DNA of 53,542 nucleotides, taken from a virus. The notes beneath the pieces are model-generated. The model saw only the letters and a program-made list of their open reading frames with translations. It searched no databases and was not told the origin of the DNA. The stretch is from IMG/VR virus record IMGVR_UViG_3300045988_047700, positions 1 to 53,542 of that record; one strand, 5' to 3'. The first letter of the stretch is position 1. Each line of letters starts with the position of its first letter. Of this stretch, positions 35,542-42,633 are shown one piece after another. The translations under genes were made by a program, and so were the position numbers.

Positions 35542-36132
35542 TTACACCCCGATTCCTTTCATTTTCTTTTTGTATTTGTCGTGAATCTCCGATTGGATTT
35601 CTGTGATGTATACCATGTCGTATCCGGTAGATATGAGGTCGTTAATCATACATTCTACAGTTTTTAATTCTTCGCTTACATCCTCTACCAAACATTCCAC
35701 GAACATAGCATCAGCCACATGACCGTTTTCTCTTAGTGTGTGTGCGTACTGTTCGTACACTTCCTTTGTTTCGGATTCCCAATTGTGGTACTCAACAAAT
35801 CCATCTTCTACGGCTTTCTGCTTTGTGCTTTTCCCAACGCTTAACCGTTTGGCCGTTCGCCACGCATCCGGGATAACATTCACTTTTCCATCAAACACAT
35901 CATCAATAAGCTGATTGTGATGGTTTATAAAATATCGGCACACTTTCCTACGTTCCAAGCTTTCCGCAATGTGCTGGTACTCATGCATCCGCTTAAAGCC
36001 TTTTAAGCCAAGGAAATCGAAGTAGTCAGCAAACTGTCCGTGCATCATGACCGCTCCGATAAACCGTTCATTGATTTCGGCAAAGATTTCTTTCGGAGTT
36101 TTAACATCTAGGTTGCTTTTAAAATCAATCAT
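35542..36132 (-). CDS. Ferritin-like four-helix-bundle protein
   Basis: EINERF...L.GFKRMHEYQHIAE (ExxH) and NWESETKEVYEQY...FVECLVEDVSEE resemble ferritin di-iron helices. Alignment by eye only. Confidence 0.45.
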   Translation of the reverse strand: MIDFKSNLDVKTPKEIFAEINERFIGAVMMHGQFADYFDFLGLKGFKRMHEYQHIAESLERRKVCRYFINHHNQLIDDVFDGKVNVIPDAWRTAKRLSVGKSTKQKAVEDGFVEYHNWESETKEVYEQYAHTLRENGHVADAMFVECLVEDVSEELKTVECMINDLISTGYDMVYITEIQSEIHDKYKKKMKGIGV

Positions 36133-36149
36133 AGAAACTCACCCCTTTT

Positions 36150-36578
36150 CTATGAGAGCTTTTTAATGATGATATTCGCATCCTTAACCAATGTTTCGAC
36201 TGTGCCAACGTTGCCAACCGATACAGTGACGCTACTTCCGGCCGGAACTGCAATCAATGTAGTTGCTCCGACATTCTGATACACATTTGCCGTTGCTACT
36301 GTATAATCCATTTCTGTACCGGCAATCGGTTCTCCGTTCTGTTTGATAGATAACGCTACTGCGCCTGTTGTAGCTGATGTAACATTTCCATTAAACTCAA
36401 CTTCGACCGCCATCGGCAGATTTCCACGGTTTGTGATTTCAAAAAGTCCACTGCCGTTGTCATGTGCAAGCCACCCTGTGTTACAAGCACATCTACGGCT
36501 TTTCACTCTTGTTTCCGTAAATAATACATTCTGATTTGTTGCTACTGTCTGAGCGTTTTTAGCAATAGAATTTAACAT
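36150..36578 (-). CDS. Beta-rich protein (BclA-C/C1q-like?)
   Basis: ATG 36578 after AAAGGAGAA. All-beta pattern, Gly/Asn/Thr/Val-rich. Confidence 0.4.
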   Translation of the reverse strand: MLNSIAKNAQTVATNQNVLFTETRVKSRRCACNTGWLAHDNGSGLFEITNRGNLPMAVEVEFNGNVTSATTGAVALSIKQNGEPIAGTEMDYTVATANVYQNVGATTLIAVPAGSSVTVSVGNVGTVETLVKDANIIIKKLS

Positions 36579-36640
36579 ATTTTTTCTCCTTTCTAAAAAA
36601 GAGAGCAAGCGCATGCCTACTCTCTTTAATCTTCGCAAGA

Positions 36641-36847
36641 CTACTTTTTCGTAGATATGGATTCTTCCAACATGCTTATGATTTTGTTTTGGTTTTCAAT
36701 TATTTTTAAAAAATACTTACTGTCTTGTTCGTGCAAGTGTTTTTCGATGTCAGAATTACTCGCCTGTGATAGATCACTGTTAAAATTCGCAATCTGTAAA
36801 GCAACTCCGTACACTGTCAGAAAGTCAAGTAGTGATATATCGTTCAC
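36641..36847 (-). CDS. Hypothetical protein
   Basis: 68-aa ORF abutting its neighbours. Confidence 0.45.
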   Translation of the reverse strand: MNDISLLDFLTVYGVALQIANFNSDLSQASNSDIEKHLHEQDSKYFLKIIENQNKIISMLEESISTKK

Positions 36848-37516
36848 TTACATCACATTCCCACTTGCACAGCAACCATTGCCAAATGCGTTATACGCAA
36901 AGTATGGACTGCAAGACATATAAGCCGGTTTTGGTGTCGGTCTCACTGCATCAATAATGTTATTGGTCTGTGATACCTGTGAGATCTGCCAATATGCTGT
37001 CTGCAAATCTCTGTCACGATCAGCAAGCTTGTCTCTCAAGTTCTGAATCGTGTTATCCTGGATTAACTGGCGTGTAGCCTGTCCATCTGCCAAGATGCTT
37101 TCTTTAATATCACAGCAACACTGTGCCATCTGTGCCTGCATGTTCTGTGCCTGTAATGCTGCATCATATCTACTCTGTAAGATCTCTTTCTGTGTGTTGC
37201 AGCAACACTGAGCCTGCTGAGCCTGTAAGTTCTGCAAGCCAAGCTGTGTGGTATAGCGGTTCTCTAATACGTCTCTCTGTGTCTCGCAAGCTGTGTTAGA
37301 CACATTCTGATTTGTGTTAAAGATATCTCTTTTCACGAATTCGTCAGAGACAAAAGCGTCCTGTGCTCCATTGTTGTTTCCCCATCCGTTACCGCAAAAC
37401 AGGAAAGCAAGAATGATGATCCAGAACCATCCACCGTCACCCCACATGTTTCCATCGTTGTTTCTTGTGACTGCTGCTACATCGGCAGCACTAAGTGTGT
37501 TTAATCCCTCATTCAT
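36848..37516 (-). CDS. TM-anchored Gln-rich protein with repeated AQCCC motifs
   Basis: GGWFWIIILAFLFCGNGWG TM segment. An internal repeat: LQNLQAQQAQCCCNTQKEILQSRY then LQAQNMQAQMAQCCCDIKESILADG. Confidence 0.55.
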   Translation of the reverse strand: MNEGLNTLSAADVAAVTRNNDGNMWGDGGWFWIIILAFLFCGNGWGNNNGAQDAFVSDEFVKRDIFNTNQNVSNTACETQRDVLENRYTTQLGLQNLQAQQAQCCCNTQKEILQSRYDAALQAQNMQAQMAQCCCDIKESILADGQATRQLIQDNTIQNLRDKLADRDRDLQTAYWQISQVSQTNNIIDAVRPTPKPAYMSCSPYFAYNAFGNGCCASGNVM

Positions 37517-37568
37517 GTTGGTTCTCCTTTTCTTTTATTTATCAAGACGTGTGCACTCCGTCCGGATA

Positions 37569-37823
37569 TCACTTTATTTTATTGATAATGTCGTTTGGAT
37601 TCATGCCATTTTGCTGGCACATCTCCATAAATACATCTTTCGGGTTTCTTCCTTGGCACATATCCATAGCCTTTTTGATGTTCGGGTTGCTCTGCGCCAT
37701 ATTCTGTAACATTGCTCCAGGATTCTGTGTATTTTGCATCATCCCCATCATTCTTTGAATCATTCCGAATGGACTGTTGCCACCCGGCATACCTCCCATC
37801 ATTCCCATTAACGGATTACTCAT
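37569..37823 (-). CDS. Met/Gly/Gln/Asn-rich low-complexity protein
   Basis: MSNPLMGMMGGMPGGNSPFGMIQRMMGMMQNTQNPG... with repeated NP motifs. Confidence 0.5.
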   Translation of the reverse strand: MSNPLMGMMGGMPGGNSPFGMIQRMMGMMQNTQNPGAMLQNMAQSNPNIKKAMDMCQGRNPKDVFMEMCQQNGMNPNDIINKIK

Positions 37824-38247
37824 GCGTCAGCTCCCCTTTCTGTTCTTCCGGCTGAGGTTTCAATGTATCCAGTAATTTGTTGAATTCTTCTCTTGTTACG
37901 TACTTAGCGTCCATGTTTTCCGCTACAGGTTGTGGATTGTTCGCCTGTACCTCATGAAATTCAAAAGCTTTAAACGTAACACTTCCCACGCCGTCAACAG
38001 ATTTAACATAAAAGTATGGCGCATTGTTATCCATCATCCAAGCCGTTGTTCCCGGCTGTACAATCTGATTTCTTGCCCCGTCAATTCCGGCTACCTGTAT
38101 CCAGTTCACATTCGGCTGTGGCTGTGTCTTGTATTGCTGTTGAGCCTGTGATAAGTTGTCTATCCGTTGTCGTAATGCCATCTGGTCTTGCATATAAGCA
38201 TCCTGTGGCATGTACGGTGTATATGACATATATGGATTCATACTCAT
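37816..38247 (-). CDS. Hypothetical protein with a Gln/Pro/Met-rich N-terminus
   Basis: 143 aa, first gene after the terminator at 38297..38331. Confidence 0.55.
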   Translation of the reverse strand: MSMNPYMSYTPYMPQDAYMQDQMALRQRIDNLSQAQQQYKTQPQPNVNWIQVAGIDGARNQIVQPGTTAWMMDNNAPYFYVKSVDGVGSVTFKAFEFHEVQANNPQPVAENMDAKYVTREEFNKLLDTLKPQPEEQKGELTHE

Positions 38248-38296
38248 ACCTCCTGTAAATTAGCATTTGTTGTTCTCTATGCTTTCATTTTACGCA

Positions 38297-38331
38297 TAAA
38301 AAAGAGACCTTAACAGTTCGTTAAAGTCTCT
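38297..38331 (-). terminator. Rho-independent terminator
   Basis: AGAGACTTTAAC / GTTAAGGTCTCT stem (one mismatch), followed on the minus strand by T6. Confidence 0.7.
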
Positions 38332-38346
38332 AAAAAGTATCACTTA

Positions 38347-38493
38347 TTATTTTGCGCGTTTTGAATTTTTAATATGTTCCGCAATGACACTACCGCACCC
38401 ACGGCAGTACATTTTACCATCTTTTTCTTTTGCACACATGCAATTATGGACTTCACCACATTTTTCTTCGTTTACTTCTACATAATCTTTCAT
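38347..38493 (-). CDS. Small zinc-ribbon protein
   Basis: 48 aa (MKDYVEVNEEKCGEVHNCMCAKEKDGKMYCRGCGS...). AAAGGAC upstream. Confidence 0.4.
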   Translation of the reverse strand: MKDYVEVNEEKCGEVHNCMCAKEKDGKMYCRGCGSVIAEHIKNSKRAK

Positions 38494-38511
38494 ATTTTTC
38501 TATGTCCTTTC

Positions 38512-38832
38512 TTACAGTACTCCCAGTTCTTCAAACACTTTCATGATTTTAGGAAATTGAATGGCGAACCAGTCAACGATTGTTTCTTCATGTCCGAACT
38601 GTTTATAATGTTCAAAGTTTGCCTGTAATCCACTTTCAGCAAGAAAAGCATGTATGATTTCATGCCTTAATTGCTTTTTCATAAGTTTTTCAAAATCACC
38701 AACTTCGCTTACATTATTGTTTCTGATTTTGATTACATGCGCTGTATAGTCGCAAAAACCATCAATCGTTTCTTCTTCAAACGCTTCTCTAATTATTTCG
38801 TATTCAGTTCCAAGAATATTTACTTTTTGCAT
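38512..38832 (-). CDS. Small HExxH metallopeptidase-like protein
   Basis: 106 aa with LRHEIIHAF (HExxH). Confidence 0.55.
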   Translation of the reverse strand: MQKVNILGTEYEIIREAFEEETIDGFCDYTAHVIKIRNNNVSEVGDFEKLMKKQLRHEIIHAFLAESGLQANFEHYKQFGHEETIVDWFAIQFPKIMKVFEELGVL

Positions 38833-39294
38833 TTATTTCTCCACTAACTCAAATCTATACTTCTGCTTCACATCCGGGTGTTTCTTCCTGTCTACTTCGC
38901 TCACAAACATTCCATAAGGTCTGCACCACACGCCATTAGAGCATTCGTAAACTACCTTGAACTGTCCCGGCATTTCGCTATCTTGTGCAATATACAGAAC
39001 TTTCACTGTTTCGCCCTTGAAGTGCCTGCACACCTGTCCGGGTTCAACTCTTCTATTGCTCACTGTCGGCGGTTCGCTGTTGAAATACTTCTCGCATTCT
39101 GCCAAATCACAGTTCTCTCTCATAAGCGGATGCTTTTCATCCAGCTTCTTAATCTCTGCTTTCTGTACGTGAATGTGTTGTCCTACAAGTGGAAATCCAC
39201 AGCCGTAAAGCATTTTTGCCTTAATGTGGTGTGGTTCAAGTCTGCCTGTCGGGTCTATAAGATATCCACTTATTTTAAAAATCTTAGGTATCAT
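38833..39294 (-). CDS. DUF1653-domain protein
   Basis: The C-terminal CRHFKGETVKVLYIAQDSEMPGQFKVVYE...WCRPYGMF matches the DUF1653 pattern. Confidence 0.55.
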   Translation of the reverse strand: MIPKIFKISGYLIDPTGRLEPHHIKAKMLYGCGFPLVGQHIHVQKAEIKKLDEKHPLMRENCDLAECEKYFNSEPPTVSNRRVEPGQVCRHFKGETVKVLYIAQDSEMPGQFKVVYECSNGVWCRPYGMFVSEVDRKKHPDVKQKYRFELVEK

Positions 39295-39298
39295 ATAA

Positions 39299-39925
39299 TC
39301 ACCTCTCCAATCTTATGATCGTGTGAAATTCTTTTTCAGATAAGGCACTTTCAGTCACGAGCCAAAGGCTATCGTCAGCAATATTCCTAGAAGCATATAC
39401 TTTGAATAAAAGTCCAGAAACAATAACATTTTGGCATTTATTTGTCATTGACAAACCATCAAGACTTTTTGTAGGGACAGCAAACGACAGCACATATGTA
39501 CTTTCTGCCCCGGTTAAGAGTTTTTGATAGTCCATGTGTTCAGAAATAATTGTTTCCCCGGTAGAATAAAATTTAATATTCCACCCGATACGGTTTTTTA
39601 GATCAATCATTGCATCTGCCGTCATGTTCGGCGTTTCATCGACTACCGTTTCCTCTGCCGGATACATTTCCCAATCTTCCGCAAGCATATCTTCTTGTGT
39701 TGGTGTCCAGTTTGGCTGAAAGCTTCCTTTTCTTGTGTAACTCATAATGCAGTCCGAGAATTGTTCATCTTCTGGTGGAATCGGAAGAAACGTTTTTGTT
39801 GTTAAACCTTTGTTTCTCCCAATAAAAATAAACTGCCTTTTCCCATTAAAAAAGTTTTCTTTCCATACATTACGTGTAACTTTCTTTCCTTTTTTCATGC
39901 ATTTTATGGCTTCTCCGAAGTTCAT
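39299..39925 (-). CDS. DUF2829 (Tad2-like) domain fused to an unknown C-terminal domain
   Basis: MNFGEAIKCMKKGKKVTRNVW ... NWTPTQEDMLAEDWEMY is the DUF2829 signature. About 115 extra C-terminal residues. Confidence 0.65.
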   Translation of the reverse strand: MNFGEAIKCMKKGKKVTRNVWKENFFNGKRQFIFIGRNKGLTTKTFLPIPPEDEQFSDCIMSYTRKGSFQPNWTPTQEDMLAEDWEMYPAEETVVDETPNMTADAMIDLKNRIGWNIKFYSTGETIISEHMDYQKLLTGAESTYVLSFAVPTKSLDGLSMTNKCQNVIVSGLLFKVYASRNIADDSLWLVTESALSEKEFHTIIRLER

Positions 39926-39927
39926 GC

Positions 39928-40128
39928 CTATACCACCCTTTCAATCTTATCATTTACTCTTTTACTCAATCTCTTGACTGTAGACACACTCACATTCATT
40001 TGTTCTGCACAGTCCTCTAAAGGCATAGCTTTAGCACGGAGCCGGAACAGTTTTAATTCATCCGATGTAAAGTTGCATTCTAACTCAAAATAGTCAAGTT
40101 CTGGTCGTGTAAAAGAGTATATTTTCAT
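39928..40128 (-). CDS. Small sigma-70 region-4-like / late transcription regulator
   Basis: 66 aa. HTH: CAEQMNVSVSTVKRLSKRVNDKI. Confidence 0.5.
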   Translation of the reverse strand: MKIYSFTRPELDYFELECNFTSDELKLFRLRAKAMPLEDCAEQMNVSVSTVKRLSKRVNDKIERVV

Positions 40129-40484
40129 AATTCCTTTGGTTTTTTGTCCGTCATAGCATTTACAAGCTCTTCCCGAGTTTTTTTTAAACCCTCAATGTTA
40201 TTCCCTGTGATTTTGTTTTCGATCAAATTAAACATACTTCTCATTAATAGATTCATATCATCCCTCGTATTCCTTATGTTCTTATAATCGTTATCAAGCT
40301 TCTGATTAATCCCTGTGATAGATGTTTCAATGCTCGTTATTCGCTTTTCAATCTGTTCAATACGGTTGTCCTGTTTTTCTTTTGGTGCTTTCCATGATTT
40401 GTACCACCCGGAAAGCACAGCAACAGCACCGCCGACAACAGATATAGCACCGCATATAGCAAGTATCTGTGTTATTAGTTCCAT
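40125..40484 (-). CDS. TM-anchored coiled-coil protein
   Basis: N-terminal TM segment (ILAICGAISVVGGAVAVL), then coiled coil. Confidence 0.5.
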   Translation of the reverse strand: MELITQILAICGAISVVGGAVAVLSGWYKSWKAPKEKQDNRIEQIEKRITSIETSITGINQKLDNDYKNIRNTRDDMNLLMRSMFNLIENKITGNNIEGLKKTREELVNAMTDKKPKEL

Positions 40485-40487
40485 GTG

Positions 40488-40760
40488 TTACGCTCCATAA
40501 TTCAATCCGATTCCGGCTTGTCTGTATATCTCTTTTCGCATTCTCTCTTTCAGTTCCTCTACATCAATAGTGACTGTCGTGTTTTCTGCAACCTTTACAT
40601 TTCTGTAATCATGAGCCTTTAATACAGGTGATGCCATATCTTCAATAACCGGTGAGGTAAAAGGTGTAAGATACGCTTCTTTCTCCAACCGCTTATTCTT
40701 GCACCTGTCTTTAAACGGACACTCTCTGCACATTTTTGCCATTCTTGTCAATCCACTCAT
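40488..40760 (-). CDS. Hypothetical protein
   Basis: 90 aa with N-terminal CRECPFKDRC. Confidence 0.5.
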   Translation of the reverse strand: MSGLTRMAKMCRECPFKDRCKNKRLEKEAYLTPFTSPVIEDMASPVLKAHDYRNVKVAENTTVTIDVEELKERMRKEIYRQAGIGLNYGA

Positions 40761-41989
40761 TTTACATCACCTTTCGCATTAAGATATCTCTGTGCTGCTT
40801 TTGCTGATTTCACAGCCTGTGACCTATCCCACTGTGCTACCCGTAGCCGTTCCGAATATTCTTTAAGGTCATTTTCTTTGCAGTAATCACGATACTGCTT
40901 ATTCTGCCGTCTGAGTACCGCTGATTTGCGGTCATACATTTGTTGCAATTCGAATTTAAGCTTATCATCTCCGCTTGCATCTATAGCAGTCTGCAAATTC
41001 TGAATCTCTCTCTTGCTGTTGCGAATGCGTCTTTCCATAAGCCGTTGCTTTTTCGCACGCTCTTCTGCCTTGATATTGTCTTCGCTCGACAGGTTAATAT
41101 CCGCATATGGATTGTTTTCACCGTCACCGGATCCGAAAGAGTGTCTGCAGTTCACGCCACACAAACCGGTCACCGTTCCGTAGCCTGTTGATGTTCGGAA
41201 GTCCGGGAACCTCTTGTCTTTGCCTGTCCTGGAATAGAATTTTCCTTGCCACCAAAAGTGGTTCGTTGGATTGTTACCGCCATCGCCAATTCGTGCACCC
41301 ACATGTGCAGATACTAAGATGGTATCCCATTCCAATTCTTCCATTCGTTTTAATGCGATTGCTCCGGCGCACTGGCTTATACCTGTGCGGACAGTCATCA
41401 TTGTGGCTGATTCAATGCTCATTTCTCTACCGGACGGATACGATACTTTAACGCCTTGCCGTATCATCCTTTCAACAGCATTTCTGACAGCTTGTGTGTA
41501 TGATACGGCACCGCTTGATGCCATGCGGTAAGCTGTGTCAACCTCTTTCAAAAACAACTTCTGCGCTTCATCTGCCGTTGTTCGTGTAAGGTTTCTCCAT
41601 TCTCCACACGTATCGTTAAAATCTTTTTCCAGTATTCTTAGCAATGCCGGAGATTGCAATAAGGGCGTAGGTGATAGTCCTACCGCCCTATATATCACAT
41701 CGTCTCTCTCGATAGCTTTTATACCAGCTTCTTCAAATGCGCTTTTAAGCTCTCTCTCTTGCTTTTTTGTTTTGTCAGCAATCTCTTTTTGTATGTCTTC
41801 CAGTAAGTATCCGGATTCTTGCAACACCTGTATCTGCCACCTGTCCGTAGCCGTAAAGAGATAGTCTTCCCCACGACCTATACGCACCATTATGCGATCA
41901 ACGATCATGTCCATGATGTTCTTGTGCATGTCCGATGTTATCTTTTCCGCACCCTCGGTCACATGGAAGAGATATTCAGGCGTCAGCAT
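40757..41989 (-). CDS. Minor capsid / head morphogenesis protein (SPP1 gp7-like)
   Basis: 410 aa. The GYGTVTGLCGVNCRHSF motif is typical of the minor capsid protein 2 family. Confidence 0.7.
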   Translation of the reverse strand: MLTPEYLFHVTEGAEKITSDMHKNIMDMIVDRIMVRIGRGEDYLFTATDRWQIQVLQESGYLLEDIQKEIADKTKKQERELKSAFEEAGIKAIERDDVIYRAVGLSPTPLLQSPALLRILEKDFNDTCGEWRNLTRTTADEAQKLFLKEVDTAYRMASSGAVSYTQAVRNAVERMIRQGVKVSYPSGREMSIESATMMTVRTGISQCAGAIALKRMEELEWDTILVSAHVGARIGDGGNNPTNHFWWQGKFYSRTGKDKRFPDFRTSTGYGTVTGLCGVNCRHSFGSGDGENNPYADINLSSEDNIKAEERAKKQRLMERRIRNSKREIQNLQTAIDASGDDKLKFELQQMYDRKSAVLRRQNKQYRDYCKENDLKEYSERLRVAQWDRSQAVKSAKAAQRYLNAKGDVK

Positions 41990-42072
41990 TACTTATCCTT
42001 TCTGTTTGGGATCTTCGTTATCAGAAGCAGAAAAACGCAAATTACAATAATATTAATAGTACTTGTTGCCAT
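41989..42072 (-). CDS. 27-aa TM peptide downstream of the holin
   Basis: MATSTINIIVICVFLLLITKIPNRKDK. Its ATG lies 2 nt after the holin stop, and its stop overlaps the next ATG (TAATG). Confidence 0.3.
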   Translation of the reverse strand: MATSTINIIVICVFLLLITKIPNRKDK

Positions 42073-42074
42073 GA

Positions 42075-42368
42075 TTATTCATCCTTTCCAATCTGCTTAA
42101 TAATCTGATTGACGTATGTACTAAGTCCGGCTACAAGAATTCCCTGTACAACAGCTGTAAACAATGCCATCGAAATACTCTGCATTCCAGACAAGTCACA
42201 TGTCGCAATCACATATAGACCGCAAATAATAATTCCAACTGCACCGAGAAAAATAGGAATATCATTGTCTTTGATTCTTTTGGAACTTTTCATCCACATT
42301 CCCAAAAAATAAAGTGCAATAGATACTACCACCAGTTCTGGTTTTACGTAATTAATAATCTGTGTCAT
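42075..42368 (-). CDS. Holin (multi-TM, Hol44-like)
   Basis: ATG 42368 after AAGGAGTG. 97 aa with three hydrophobic helices; INYVKPELVVVSIALYFLGMWMK pattern. Confidence 0.6.
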   Translation of the reverse strand: MTQIINYVKPELVVVSIALYFLGMWMKSSKRIKDNDIPIFLGAVGIIICGLYVIATCDLSGMQSISMALFTAVVQGILVAGLSTYVNQIIKQIGKDE

Positions 42369-42633
42369 AATATCACTCCTTTTCTTCATTCTATATTTTT
42401 CTGTTTTCGCAAGCGTCCCCCTGCTCATTCCCACTAGCCTTATAAGTACATTCCATATAGCAGTCTGCATCATTCTACACAATCGTTGTTCCGGCATAAG
42501 TAGTTAATTCTTGGTAGGATTGGATTTCGGATGGTTGTTAAGTCTCGTTCAATTGGCTTGTTCAGGTTATAATATAATACAACTGGATTTCCCGCATCTT
42601 TCTCCATATCTAGTTAACTAAATCTTCCTTTAA

